Positions 29,099 through 40,383 are shown, counted from the first letter of the stretch. The stretch: 64,000 bases of DNA from Gemmatimonadota bacterium (GCA_036679605.1 JAZDCZ010000347.1:32001-96000); one strand, 5' to 3'. Numbers and translations are program-made. The notes: generated from the sequence alone by a model not told the origin.

Positions 29099-29590
29099 CT
29101 AGCCCAAAAGGCCGTGATCACGCAGAGATTGCCGTAGAGCAGGGCGGGCACGCCATAGGTAGTAGCCCATGCAGATCGCCGCAATGAGATTTCCGACTGC
29201 TACGTTGGCCCACGCCAATGCGGCCAGCAGAGGAGTGAACATCAGCGCAACTACTCCATTGAACCCGAATTCGAACACGATGAAGAACTCGATCAACAAC
29301 CACAGCGCACCAGGAGATTTCTCAGCCTCGGCGATCATGGCGGAAGCCACAGTGCCAACGAAGAGAAAGACGAGTACGTGCATTGCCGTATACATAGAAA
29401 CAGACTGGAAGCTGATGCTGACCGTTGCGGGGTCGCGAAGCCCAAAGAACACAGCCGACCCCAAAACAGCGGGGGTAAAAAACGGTCGGCCCGCTATCAC
29501 GTCGACAATGAGAAACCAACCCGCCACCGCGCCCGCCCCAATCAGGCCAGCGATGAACCCTTCCCGTACAATACGTTGGCGTGTCAACAT
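29099..29590 (-). CDS. Hypothetical 4-TM membrane protein
   Basis: Hydrophobic helices (EGFIAGLIGAGAVAGWF..GRPFFTP, YTAMH). Overlaps the narK stop by 7 bp. Confidence 0.75.
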   Translation of the reverse strand: MLTRQRIVREGFIAGLIGAGAVAGWFLIVDVIAGRPFFTPAVLGSAVFFGLRDPATVSISFQSVSMYTAMHVLVFLFVGTVASAMIAEAEKSPGALWLLIEFFIVFEFGFNGVVALMFTPLLAALAWANVAVGNLIAAICMGYYLWRARPALRQSLRDHGLLG

Positions 29591-31152
29591 GGGATCTCAG
29601 CTTTCTTCCGAGCGTAGAACCACCAATTCACAGCAAGGCAGGTCACATAGTAGCCGGCGAAGCCGTACAATGCATACTCGGGCGTGCCCGCCGATATCTG
29701 CCCACCGAAAATACGCGGAATCAGAAAGGCGCCATACGCCGCCACCGCCGATGTCCAGCCGAGCACGGGGCCGGCGAATTCCGGCTTGAAGATGATCGGG
29801 ATCATGCGGAAGGTCGACCCGTTACCGATACCGGTGGCTATGAATAGCACTAGGAATAGGAAGAAGAATGGCCACCAATACGCTTCCGGCGTCGCTGTGG
29901 CCCCTGCCGCCTTGACAAAGTAGGCTACGCCAAGCGCCGAAGCAATCATGATCACGGTATCCCAGTGTGTCACACGGGCACCACCGAGCTTGTCCGAAAG
30001 CCACCCTCCCACTGGCCTCACTAGCGACCCAACCAACGGGCCCAACCAGGCATATGCAAGTGGATTCGGTGCGTTGGGATTGAGCGAACCGTCGGGAAGC
30101 GAGCCGAATACATCCTGGATGAGTTTGGGAAACGCCGCCGAGTATCCGATGAAGGATCCAAAGGTCATCGTGTAGAGCCACGTCATGACCCAGTTGTGTT
30201 TCTTGCGAAAAATAACGAACTGGTGAACCAGGTTTTCGCGGACTGGGCCCGGCGTCACATATCGCATCACAAGTAGTGTGACGCAAATGGTTATGGCGAG
30301 CACGGCAAACACCTTCACCAGATCTGGAAGTCCGAATGTTGGGCCTAGCAGCAAGCCGATGCCAACTGCAGCCCCAAACAAACCCAACGTTTCGAGCCAT
30401 AGCATCTTCCCAATGGCGACCGATGCTGGCCCAACTCGATGCATCGGCAGGTTGTTCATGAAGAGAAACGCCAGCACGGAGAACACTGCAAGTGCCGGCA
30501 CCCAGATCAACCCGCTGTTCTGGATCCAGATAGTTGCGCCACCGAGTTCCGCCGGCAACTGGCTACCGTCACCGCTCAGTGCTCCGAACACGGCGAATGT
30601 CATCACCCACGGCAGGAGCACCTGCATCACGCTCACGCCGAGATTCCCAAGGCCGGCGTTCAAACCGAGCGACAGCCCTTGCATCCGTTTCGGAAAGAAA
30701 AAGCTGATATTCGACATTGACGAAGCAAACGCACCTCCGCCGAAGCCACTCAGAGCCGCAAGTAGAGCGAAGATCGTATAACTCGTCTGCGGACTCTGTA
30801 GGGCAACGCCGACGCCGGCTGCAGGCACAATCAGGAGCGCGGTCGTCACCGCAATGACGTTTCGCCCACCTGAGATAGCGATCATGAACGAATTGGGAAT
30901 CCTAAGTGTCGCGCCTACGAGTCCAGCGATGGCGGGAAGCGTATACAGCTGGGTCTTGGAGAAACTGAACCCTAGATTCTCCATTTGTACAATGATGATG
31001 GACCAATAGAGCCAGATCGCAAATGCGAACAGGAGGCACGGTATCGAAATCAAGAGATTTCGAAACGCGATCTTGCTACCGCGGCTCCGCCAGAACTCGT
31101 TCTCCTCTACCTCCCACTCTACGATCGCACCACGGTGCTGTACACCGGACAT
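29584..31152 (-). CDS. narK: Nitrate/nitrite MFS transporter, NarK2-type
   Basis: W.VEE.EFW, RNLLISIPCL, GATLRIP, FASSMSNISFFFPK..QG..LGLNAGLGNLG, TFGSFIGYSAAFP and GIGNGSTFRMIP. Confidence 0.92.
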   Translation of the reverse strand: MSGVQHRGAIVEWEVEENEFWRSRGSKIAFRNLLISIPCLLFAFAIWLYWSIIIVQMENLGFSFSKTQLYTLPAIAGLVGATLRIPNSFMIAISGGRNVIAVTTALLIVPAAGVGVALQSPQTSYTIFALLAALSGFGGGAFASSMSNISFFFPKRMQGLSLGLNAGLGNLGVSVMQVLLPWVMTFAVFGALSGDGSQLPAELGGATIWIQNSGLIWVPALAVFSVLAFLFMNNLPMHRVGPASVAIGKMLWLETLGLFGAAVGIGLLLGPTFGLPDLVKVFAVLAITICVTLLVMRYVTPGPVRENLVHQFVIFRKKHNWVMTWLYTMTFGSFIGYSAAFPKLIQDVFGSLPDGSLNPNAPNPLAYAWLGPLVGSLVRPVGGWLSDKLGGARVTHWDTVIMIASALGVAYFVKAAGATATPEAYWWPFFFLFLVLFIATGIGNGSTFRMIPIIFKPEFAGPVLGWTSAVAAYGAFLIPRIFGGQISAGTPEYALYGFAGYYVTCLAVNWWFYARKKAEIPC

Positions 31153-31216
31153 CTCGGTCTCCTTAGTTACTTCTGTTGACGACTAGGGTGGAAGCTCATC
31201 GATAACGCCGAGTGAT

Positions 31217-32749
31217 CTAGTTCCTGCTTGCTGCCGTCGCCATGTCATGTACCATGGGTCCATCAGCCTCGATTGCAGTCGCCAGCCCCGGAGCAGCCGC
31301 ATGCAAAATGCGTCGAACGACTACAGTCAGCCAGACGAGGCAGGCAATCGACACGGCGAAAAGAAACATCCAGGTAGTAGTCCACAATCCGAATCCGTCG
31401 AGCATGTAGCCGAAGACGATGGGACACACGAAACCACCGAGGCCACCTAGCACCCCTACAAGACCGCCGACCACACCGACATCATCTGGGAAGAAGTCAG
31501 GGATGTACTTGTAGACAGCCGCCTTCCCGATACCCATAGCGATGCCGATTATGAAGACCAACGCCGTAAAGATCCACACGTTGGCTTGGAAATAAATGTG
31601 CGTGACACCACGAGCAACAAGTTGCTTCTTGCTAACCGGGTCCCCCACATCTACGATCGGTTCCTGCCACGTGGTGATAACGGGAAGGACTAGCGCCTGA
31701 CTCTCGGTGTATGTTTTGAGCGCGTCGCCGTTAGCTTTGAGTGGGTAGTCTCGGTCATCAATCGTAATGACGTCGGCCGACACGTCAGTTACTGTGCCCG
31801 CACGCGCGGCCATCACACCACGTCCCGGTGATTCGATGTCCATTTTCGGAAAGATCAACAGCAGACAACAAACAGCAATGACGGAGAGAACAGAATAAAG
31901 GACTTTCCGGGGCCCAACCAGATCCGACATCCATCCGCCCAGCGCGCGGATGAGACTTGACGGGAGTGAAAAGATGGACGTCATCAACCCGGCCATGATG
32001 ATCGTCATGCCGTAGACGTTCAGATAGTATGGCACTAGCCACTGCGCAAGGGCGACGAATCCGCCGAACACAAGGAAATAGTACAGCCCAAATCGCCATA
32101 CCCGCATATGCTTGAGCGGTGCAAGCAACTGTCGCACTGTCTTCGACTCAGCCCCCTTCGGTTTCTTGTTCTTGGTTCCCAGGAAGAAGATGATTGCCAT
32201 GACCACGAGCGCGGTCGCGTATATAGTCGGCAAGGTGCGCCATCCCTCGAGGTTCGCACCATCACCTGTAAGAGACCCCAACAGCGTTGGCGCACCAAGC
32301 GTCGTCAACGCGGCTCCTGCATTCCCTGCGCCGAAGATGCCGAGCGCCGTACCCTGGCGGCTCCGCGCGAACCAGACCGAGGTAAACGCAATTCCCACTG
32401 CGAACGAGCCACCCGTTAGTCCGAAACCCAGACTGCAGAGAAGAAACCCTCTATACGTGTCGACATGGCCAAGCAGGTACATGGGTACTGTGGCAGCCAA
32501 CATGAGGACGGTGTAAATCGGCCTGCCACCGAATTTGTCGGTGAGGATGCCCAGTGGCAGACGTGTAAGCGAACCGGTCAGTACGGGAATACCGATGAGC
32601 AAACCCATCTGGCTCGCCGTCCAGTCGAACACCTGGTTGTCGAGCAGGAAGGTAACGAGCACACCATTTAGCATCCACGCTGCAAAGCAGACGGTGAAGG
32701 CCACCGTGTTGAGCGTTAGCGCAACGTTTGCCCTACCTTTATCGGTCAC
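31217..32749 (-). CDS. narK: Nitrate/nitrite MFS transporter, NarK1-type, with a soluble insertion
   Basis: AFTVCFAAW, PVLTGSLTRLPLG, GSFAVGI, QGTALGIFGAGNAG, YYFLVFGGFVALA, GIGKAAVYKYIP and GGLGGF. Confidence 0.92.
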   Translation of the reverse strand: MTDKGRANVALTLNTVAFTVCFAAWMLNGVLVTFLLDNQVFDWTASQMGLLIGIPVLTGSLTRLPLGILTDKFGGRPIYTVLMLAATVPMYLLGHVDTYRGFLLCSLGFGLTGGSFAVGIAFTSVWFARSRQGTALGIFGAGNAGAALTTLGAPTLLGSLTGDGANLEGWRTLPTIYATALVVMAIIFFLGTKNKKPKGAESKTVRQLLAPLKHMRVWRFGLYYFLVFGGFVALAQWLVPYYLNVYGMTIIMAGLMTSIFSLPSSLIRALGGWMSDLVGPRKVLYSVLSVIAVCCLLLIFPKMDIESPGRGVMAARAGTVTDVSADVITIDDRDYPLKANGDALKTYTESQALVLPVITTWQEPIVDVGDPVSKKQLVARGVTHIYFQANVWIFTALVFIIGIAMGIGKAAVYKYIPDFFPDDVGVVGGLVGVLGGLGGFVCPIVFGYMLDGFGLWTTTWMFLFAVSIACLVWLTVVVRRILHAAAPGLATAIEADGPMVHDMATAASRN

Positions 32750-32774
32750 AGTTCTTTCGCTCCCTACTTAGTCG

Positions 32775-33497
32775 CTACTCGGGCCGCGCTTTGCTCCACG
32801 GCGTACGCGGGTCACGAATCGCCTTGCGATCCCAGTTCCACATGACCTGCTGATAGGGCCGCACGATATAGTTCAACGGTGCCACTAGAAAATGCACGAG
32901 CCGCGTAAACGGAATCATGAAGAGAATCGCAAACGCACCTACAATGTGTAGCTTGATTACCCATGGCAGAGCGAAGACCGCCGCAGTCTCGGGTCTCAGC
33001 GTCACAAGTGACCATAGGTACGGTGATAGATCGGCCGCGAACCACGAAGAGCCCCATCGGAATCCAAGAGCGATCCAGCATCCGAGCACCACTTGGGTCA
33101 GCACGAGCAACTCGATTGCTATATCCATCTTGGTTGTCACTGCACGGATGCGTGGGTTGGTAAGCCGCCGGAACATCAGTGCGCCAAGTCCGACCAGCAC
33201 GCTTAACCCGAACACGAAGGCCGTCACCTCGAGAATGATTAGCCGGATTGGAATGCTGTTCCAGCCGAGCGTTGCGCCCGGCAGCATGAATGCAACTAGA
33301 TGCCCAACGAACACCACCAGAATCCCGATGTGGAATGGGACTGTGCCCCAAAAGAGCCTATTGCCCTCGAGAAATTGTGATGAGAGCGACGAAACCGTGA
33401 AGCCCTCCTGCCGGTGGCGGTAAACCGCACCAAATACGAAGACAATGAGCGCCACGTACGGAAACGCGACGAAGAGAAACGTGTTCAGTGCGTTCAT
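32775..33497 (-). CDS. narI: Respiratory nitrate reductase gamma subunit (cytochrome b)
   Basis: FPYVAL, SSLSSQFLE, PFHIGIL..F.GH and KLHI...IPFTRLVH (heme b His ligands). Confidence 0.93.
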   Translation of the reverse strand: MNALNTFLFVAFPYVALIVFVFGAVYRHRQEGFTVSSLSSQFLEGNRLFWGTVPFHIGILVVFVGHLVAFMLPGATLGWNSIPIRLIILEVTAFVFGLSVLVGLGALMFRRLTNPRIRAVTTKMDIAIELLVLTQVVLGCWIALGFRWGSSWFAADLSPYLWSLVTLRPETAAVFALPWVIKLHIVGAFAILFMIPFTRLVHFLVAPLNYIVRPYQQVMWNWDRKAIRDPRTPWSKARPE

Positions 33498-34216
33498 AGC
33501 ATCCTCCCCGACGCAGCGGGTCGGCCTTCGTTGGCTTCGATATCAAGTTCGCGCCCGATCGAGCGCAAAAAGTCGTTATCCTGCTCCGGAGGTTTCCATT
33601 CGGAGAGACCAAAGTCTTCCTTGAGCACTTCCAGAACAGCCACCAGCGCTCCTCGGAAGATGGTGCCCCGCTCCGCAGAAGAGGCGATCAGCGTCTTGAA
33701 GTGTTTCTTGTACAACCCATCGCGCTGTTTCATGCGTTGGGGTCCGAACTCGGCTATCATCATTTCAAGCGCCGGATGCAGAACCTCCTCGACAAACTCC
33801 ACTACCAGATCACGGTCCTGCCACTTGGCAAGCAAACGCAGCACGTTCGGCAAGTGGTCCGAGAGTTCGCTACCGCAGGCGAGGCCGGCCTCGCGGTGTT
33901 CGCGGTTCAGATTGACTAGAAGCTCACCTCTCTTGTAGTCGTCCCCGAACATGACGTATCCCACACCGAGGGTGGTGATCGATTGGACGTCAAACGACCT
34001 TGTGAAGATCTCCTGTATCTGGTCCAGGGCTTCCACCGATAAAGTGTCGCCCTCAGACGGTAACCCCTTCGCGAAAGCCTTGAGTTCGGTGACAGCGACC
34101 GGATAACCCTCCTCGAGGAGTTCACAGATCTGCTTGACCTGGGCGGAGTAATCACTCCGCGGGTAGTCGAAGAGGCCGGCTAATCGCTCATAATGAGTCA
34201 GCGTTTGCATTCTCAT
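33494..34216 (-). CDS. narJ: Nitrate reductase maturation chaperone (delta subunit)
   Basis: LFDYP, FTRSFD, GY.MFGDDYKRGELL and ELSDHLP; located between narH and narI. Confidence 0.88.
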   Translation of the reverse strand: MRMQTLTHYERLAGLFDYPRSDYSAQVKQICELLEEGYPVAVTELKAFAKGLPSEGDTLSVEALDQIQEIFTRSFDVQSITTLGVGYVMFGDDYKRGELLVNLNREHREAGLACGSELSDHLPNVLRLLAKWQDRDLVVEFVEEVLHPALEMMIAEFGPQRMKQRDGLYKKHFKTLIASSAERGTIFRGALVAVLEVLKEDFGLSEWKPPEQDNDFLRSIGRELDIEANEGRPAASGRML

Positions 34217-35766
34217 GCTCCCCTCTTAGCAGACTCGGCCTTGAATCCGAAGCCGGTATTGCCCTTCACATCGCCGGTGAACTCCATCATCTCGATCGCC
34301 TGCTCACGGTGTGCTGCAGGTATTACGAAGCGATCGTCGAAGGTGGCTAGTGACGTCAGGTAGTAGATATCGTCTGCCAGTTGGGGGGTCAGACCGGTGT
34401 CGGCCAGTGCAGCATCCACGGTCCCTTCCTTCACATCACCCACAGTCACCTGCCGCCGGTGTAGCCGCACCGCCATGAGCTTCTTGAGCCGGTCCGCCAC
34501 CTCCGTAGTGTCACCGTCACTGAAGAGGTTAGCCATGTACTTGAGTGGGAAGCGTGCGTCGTCAATGGTCCCGAAGAGTTCCTCGGTACTCGTGTCGTAG
34601 AGCCAGCTGTCCGGCCAATGTTTTGCCACGGGGTTCATCTTCTCCGATTGCTCACTGTTGTCCACATCAGTTACCGATGCCATGACCGGTAGCAGCGGTG
34701 GAACGTAGAACAGCATTGGGAGAGTTCTGAATTCCGGATGCAAAGGAAGCGCCAGCTTCCATACCTTGACGAACTTGTACGCCGGCGACTTTTGGGCTGC
34801 ATCGATCGTAGAGTCTGCTATCCCGTTGCTCTTTGCCGAAGCAATGACCTCGGGGTCGAAGGGATCGAGAATCATATCCATCTGTCGACTCATCACTTCG
34901 GAATCCTCGGCCGATGCTACGCTTTCGATCTGATCGGCATCGTAGAGCATTACTCCGAGGTAACGAATGCGCCCAACGCACGAGTGCATGCACGCCGGTG
35001 CATGACCCGCTTCGATACGGGGGTAGCACAGAATGCACTTTTCAGACTTGCCAGTGCTCCAGTTGTAGTAGGTCTTCTTGTAAGGGCACGCTGTGACGCA
35101 CATCCGCCAACCACGGCACACTGACTGATTGACGAGTACGATCCCATCTTCTCCTCGCTTGTAAATAGCACCCGAAGGACACGAGGCAACGCACGCTGGA
35201 TTGAGGCAGTGGTTGCAAATCCGCGGGAGGTAGAAGAACGCCATCCGCTCCAGCTGGAACATGGCTTCCCTCTCGGCAGGAGAGAGGTTCTCGAGATTGG
35301 GGTCGTTGCGAGCGTAGTCTGGCGAACCACTCAGGTCGTCGTCCCAGTTCGGCCCCATCTTGATGTCCATCGGTTCACCGGTGATCATCGAGACCGGGCG
35401 GGCGGTAGGTTGGTCATCGCCGGCAGGTGACTCGATTAGATCGAGGTACTTGTACGTGAACGGCTCGTAGTAATCGTCGATCACAGGCAGGTGGGGATTG
35501 TGGAAAATATTGGAAAGGCTCTTTGGCTTGCCAGCGCCTTTTAGGTTTACCCCCTTCCCATTCTTTTCCCAGCCACCCTTGTAGATCTCCTGATTCTCCC
35601 ACTTGCCCGGATAGCCCGTACCGGGCTTGGTCTCCACGTTGTTCCACCACATGTACTCGGCGCCTTTACGGTCGGTCCAAATGTTCTTGCACGCGATCGA
35701 ACAAGTGTGACAACCAATGCACTTATCGAGGTGAAACACCATTGAAATCTGCGAACGAATATCCAT
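34213..35766 (-). CDS. narH: Nitrate reductase / nitrite oxidoreductase beta (Fe-S) subunit
   Basis: LDKCIGCHTCSIACKN, PRICNHCLNPACVASCP, CRGWRMCVTACPY, KCILCYPR..C.HSCVGRIRY and PLHPEFRTLPM. Confidence 0.96.
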   Translation of the reverse strand: MDIRSQISMVFHLDKCIGCHTCSIACKNIWTDRKGAEYMWWNNVETKPGTGYPGKWENQEIYKGGWEKNGKGVNLKGAGKPKSLSNIFHNPHLPVIDDYYEPFTYKYLDLIESPAGDDQPTARPVSMITGEPMDIKMGPNWDDDLSGSPDYARNDPNLENLSPAEREAMFQLERMAFFYLPRICNHCLNPACVASCPSGAIYKRGEDGIVLVNQSVCRGWRMCVTACPYKKTYYNWSTGKSEKCILCYPRIEAGHAPACMHSCVGRIRYLGVMLYDADQIESVASAEDSEVMSRQMDMILDPFDPEVIASAKSNGIADSTIDAAQKSPAYKFVKVWKLALPLHPEFRTLPMLFYVPPLLPVMASVTDVDNSEQSEKMNPVAKHWPDSWLYDTSTEELFGTIDDARFPLKYMANLFSDGDTTEVADRLKKLMAVRLHRRQVTVGDVKEGTVDAALADTGLTPQLADDIYYLTSLATFDDRFVIPAAHREQAIEMMEFTGDVKGNTGFGFKAESAKRGA

Positions 35767-35802
35767 CTCAGGTCTCCAGTCCTTTGCACGAACCTTGAAT
35801 CA

Positions 35803-38800
35803 TCAGAACACCACCTTGTCCATTCGTTTGACCACAACGTGGGTATCCCGGTTCGGTGCAATTGGTCCCCAGTAGTTGAAGTGGTAAGTGAACTGCCCGT
35901 AACCGCCGGCGAGGAAGTTGGGCTTGAGGTGAATGCGCGTGAAACTGTTGTGCCCACCCGCCCGCTTGCCGCCGCGCACCTGTGACTTAGGAATTCCAAC
36001 CGTGCGCTCCGGAACGTGGTACACGATGCAGACGCCTTTTGGGATTCTGGCGCTGACGCAAGCGCGCGCACAGTAGACACCGTGGTCATTGTAGACCTCA
36101 CACCAATCATTATCCTGGATGCCCAGTTCAGCAGCGTCTACCTCGCTCAGCCATACTGGCTCGCAACCCCGAGACAGCGTCAGCATCCTATGGTTTTCCA
36201 TGTAGGTGGAGTGGATGTGCCACTTTCCGTGCGGAGTGAGACAGTTCAAGATTCTCGCATCCCCGTCCTTGAGTGTTTGTTTGAGATCGCCGTATGCCTC
36301 CGGCTTGGGCGAAGGCTTGTAGGTTGGGAGGTTTTCTCCGTACGCGAGGTACATCTCGTGATCGAGATAGAAGTGCTGGCGACCCGTCAGGGTCCGCCAG
36401 GGAACCAGCTTCTCGATGTTGTAGGTGTAGGCAGAGTAAGCCCTCCCACCGTTCATCACACCTGACCACAGCGGAGATGTGTTGTATCGGCGTGGCTGTG
36501 CCTGCAGATCAGCGTAACGGATCAGAAGATCTTTGCTACCGGCCCCCAGGTCGACCAAATCCAAACCCGTCCTCTTCTCCGCATCCTCGTAGGCGCGTAC
36601 GTTGAGTACGCCGTTGGTCAGCGTAGAGAGATGCAGCACTACATTGGCTGCCCGTAGAGAGATGCAGCACTACATTGGCTGCCCACTCATCTTCCTTCAA
36701 CGATGGGTAGACGTTGCCGTTCTCACGTTCTACCGGGAAGTGGTTGGACACCACCATCTCGTCATATGCGTCGGCACATTGGTAGTGGTTTCCGTGCGCA
36801 CCGAGTCCGGAGGTCCGGATGCGATCACCTAGAGTGATGTACTTGTCATAGAGTTTTGTGTAGTCACGGTCCACGACGGTCAGGCTGTGCGTCGTCTTGC
36901 CTGGAATGGCTTCACACTCGCCATGGTACCAGTCCTTAATGACGGTCTGCGAGATTTCGCCTGCAGAATCGTGCGCGATCGGAGCTGCGACAATGTCCTT
37001 CTGTGGCTCTGGAAAGTATTTCGCCGCTGCCTCACTGGTTACCTTCGCCAAGTCACGGAAGATGTTCCAGTCTGTCTTCGATTCCCATACCGGTGCGATC
37101 GCCGCCGACAGTGGGTGGATAAACGAATGAAGGTCTGTGCTATTCAGGTCCGCCTTCTCATACCATGATGCCGCAGGTAGCACGATGTCGGAGTAAAGAG
37201 CAGACGAGTCCATCCGGAAGTTCAGATCCACGATTAGATCCATTTTCCCGACTGGAGCTACATCGTGCCACTTCACTTCACTGGTGTGGTCCTCTGAGTC
37301 TTCGGCAATCAGGTTGTTGTGTGTGCCGAGATAGTGTTTGAGGGCATACTCGTGCCCCTTCATGCTTCCCATGATGGCGTTGCCCCGCCAGATGTACCAG
37401 ACGCGTGGGAAGTTGTGTTCGGCTTCCGGTTCACTCACAGAATACTTCAGTTTTTTGCTCGTGAGTTTATTCAGTACGTATCGCTTGATACCATCGTCAT
37501 CCTTTGCCCCGTTCTCCACAGCTTCCTTGCACAGATCCAATGTGTTCTGGTCAAACTGCGGATAGAACGGCATCCATCCCATGCGAACCGATTTGAAAAT
37601 CTGATCGGCCGTATGTTGCTTTGTCATCTCATTGTCAGGAACCGTATTGTACTTGGAGAACTGTCCGTCATAGCGGTATTGGCACGTGTTCATGTAGTGC
37701 CATATGGGAGCCTGCTGGAGTCGGACCGCAGATTGGTGATCTTTGCCAAAGGCGATCGCACCCCAAGAATCCACTGGTGCGAGCTTCTCCTGCCCGACAT
37801 AGTGATTGAGCCCACCGCCATTCTTACCGATACAACCGGTGAGCATCAGGGCCATCGCCCCGGCCCGATAAATCAGGTTGGAGTGATACCAGTGATTGAT
37901 GCCCGCACCGATAATGATCATGCACTTGCCATCTGTGGCAGCGGCGGTGTTCGCCCACTCACGCGCGAACTGGATCACGGTGGCTGAGGCAACTCCCGTG
38001 AAGAGTTCCTGCCACGCCGGCGTGTATGCTGCCTCTTTGTCCGTGTAGTCTTGCGGGTAGTCGCCAGGGAGACCCCGACCCACTCCATACTGAGCCATCG
38101 TGAGATCGTAGACCGTGGTTACCGTCACAGGACCGTCGGTAGTTTCCAACTGCATCACGGGTACGCCACGATACACCGTATTATCGAGTCCGTATTCAGT
38201 GAAGCCCGTCAGTACGGACTCATCGGATCGTCCGAGCAGCGTGAGAACTGGATCGTAAGGCTGATCGTCAACTACGCTCTCCGGCTTCATGTTCCAGTTG
38301 CCCTGTTTTTTGTCCCATCGTGACCCCGAACTCCCCTTGGGCACCACCAACTTGCCGGTCTTGGCGTCGATGTTGAGGAACTTCCACTCGCCGTTCGACA
38401 CATCCTTGTACTCGGAAATCTCCGACGCGCGGAGTAGCCGCCCCGGCTTGTAATGCTCCCCATCCTTCTCGAGTTTTACCAAGTACGGACTATCTGTGTA
38501 CTTCTTGACGTAGTCGATGAAGTAGGGTGTCTGTTTCTCGTGGTGGAACTCCTTTAGGATCACGTGAGTCGTGGCCATCCAAAAAGCACCGTCACTCCCC
38601 GCGTGGAGAGGCACCCACTGGTCGGCATACTTGCAGACCTGACTGAAGTCGGGTGAGAAGACCACCGCCTTTGTCCCGTTGTGGCGAGACTCGGCGAAGA
38701 AGTGACAGTCTGGTGTGCGCGTCATATTGAGGCACGCGCCCATGTCGGCAATCATCTTGGCGTTGTACCAGTCGGCGCTCTCGCACACGTCAGTCTGCTC

Positions 38801-39448
38801 CCCCCAAATTTCAGGGAACGCGGTGGGCAAGTCACAGTACCAGTCATAGAAACTGAGGTTGACTCCACCGAAGAGCTGGAGGAAACGTCCGCCGGCTGCA
38901 TAGCTGAGCATCGACATCGCGGGAATGGGGCTGAATCCGATCACCCTGTCGGGGCCGTACTTCTCGGCCGTGTAGATGTTTGCGACGGCCATTATCTCCA
39001 TCGCTTCGTCCCAACTCGCCCTCCGGAACCCGCCCTTACCACGGGCTTGCTGATACTTCCGGCGGGCACCTTCGTCCGCTTGCAGAGCTTTCCACGCCTT
39101 CATGGGGTCACCTGTTTGGCGCTTCTTCTCTCGATAGGCGTCGAGCAACGCGCTTCGTATCAGCGGGTACTTGATCCGCAACGGACTGTAGAGATACCAC
39201 GAGTAGGAGATCCCGCGCTGACACCCCCGGGGCTCGTAAGGTGGCAGAGAATCTTCCAGCAGAGGGTAGTCCAGTTGCTGAGTCTCCCATGTCACGATGC
39301 CGTCCTTGACATGGATCTGCCAGGAACAACCTCCCGTGCAATTCACTCCGTGGGTACTTCGTACAATCCGATCGTGCTGGAAGCGGTTGCGGTAAAACTC
39401 CTCCCACTTTCTGGTTTCCGGCGCGATGATGTCTTTGATCCAGCCCAT
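35803..39448 (-). pseudogene. narG: Nitrate reductase / nitrite oxidoreductase alpha (Mo-bisPGD) subunit, frameshifted in this sequence
   Basis: [32 protein letters not shown] and [10 protein letters not shown] lie in ORF 36536..39448. [11 protein letters not shown] and [10 protein letters not shown] lie in ORF 35803..36639. Removing one 31-bp duplicate gives 3615 nt = 1204 aa plus stop. No Tat signal. Confidence 0.93.
36622..36683. repeat. Perfect 31-bp tandem duplication inside narG
   Basis: CGTAGAGAGATGCAGCACTACATTGGCTGCC occurs at 36622-36652 and again at 36653-36683. Confidence 0.97.
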
Positions 39449-39481
39449 AATATTTTTCCTGACTTCTTGCTAGTCGTGGAT

Positions 39482-40357
39482 TCAGGTGGTCTTGATCTGC
39501 CTGTCGTAGATCGACTGGTTGACGGAATCCCTCTTCCTCTTGCCCCAGGCAAGAGAGTAGAGACCCATGAGCAGAGCGGTGCCCAACAGTCCCGCGCCAA
39601 ACAGCTTGGGACCGTAGTCGCGCGGCTGGTGCAACGCATGTTCCGAGTCTGCGCGCTGTAAAAAGCCGACCAAGCCCGCCACCTCCTCATTTGTGAGCGA
39701 CTTCCCTTTGTAAGCCCGTTGCATCACGGGGAACGGAGGACTTCCGAGAATCGCCCGAACTCCGGGCCCGCCCAACCGCGAGAACACTGTCGTGAGTTCG
39801 CGGGCCAACACTCCGCCTCCAATGACTGCGTCGTTCGTTACCTCGTGGCACGAGTTGCATGTCGGTCCGCCGTTCACGAACCGAGTCTTTCCCTGAAATA
39901 GGTTCTGCCCCAGGAGGACCTGCTCCTCTGTAACCTCTTCGACCGCGGCCGGCTGCACGGGGCCGGCTGACGTACCTGCACGCGTGTATGCGATGACCGC
40001 CCGGACCTGATCGTCGGAGAGAGGTTGATCTGGCATTGTGATTTGGCTGAACTCGCTGAAGATTGCCACAGCATCAGGATCGCCGGCTGCCACAACTTGC
40101 TGAGAGTGCTGTACGAAGCGGATGATCCACTCCTCGCTGCGACGCTCGCTGACACCTTGGAGGTCGGGCCCTACGAGTCGGCCACCACCGACAGTGTGGC
40201 ACACAGCACAGGAAGTCTGGAAGATTTCCTGGCCCTGGTTCCCCTGCCCCTGGTCCGCCCAAACTGGGCCCACTTGCAGTGACAATCCGGCCGCGGTCAC
40301 GCAGACAACAGCCAAGGCCGGAAAGGCGGCAAACCTATTCTTGAACCTCAAAGTCAT
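39482..40357 (-). CDS. Membrane-anchored diheme cytochrome c (NarC-like)
   Basis: Start moved to ATG 40357 (GAGGAG 9 nt upstream). Signal peptide, CAVCH and CNSCH heme motifs, C-terminal TM helix; directly upstream of narG. Confidence 0.88.
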   Translation of the reverse strand: MTLRFKNRFAAFPALAVVCVTAAGLSLQVGPVWADQGQGNQGQEIFQTSCAVCHTVGGGRLVGPDLQGVSERRSEEWIIRFVQHSQQVVAAGDPDAVAIFSEFSQITMPDQPLSDDQVRAVIAYTRAGTSAGPVQPAAVEEVTEEQVLLGQNLFQGKTRFVNGGPTCNSCHEVTNDAVIGGGVLARELTTVFSRLGGPGVRAILGSPPFPVMQRAYKGKSLTNEEVAGLVGFLQRADSEHALHQPRDYGPKLFGAGLLGTALLMGLYSLAWGKRKRDSVNQSIYDRQIKTT

Positions 40358-40383
40358 CCTCACGTTCTCCTCAACGATGGTCT

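Noticed and set aside
35803..36639. Separate gene or programmed frameshift for the NarG C-terminus
   Set aside because: The break coincides exactly with a 31-bp duplication, and no slippery sequence or independent RBS is evident.
38681..39661. Long + strand ORFs opposite real genes (also 44318..45418, 24681..25493, 746..1327)
   Set aside because: These are antisense shadows of well-supported genes in GC-rich DNA, with no recognisable motifs.
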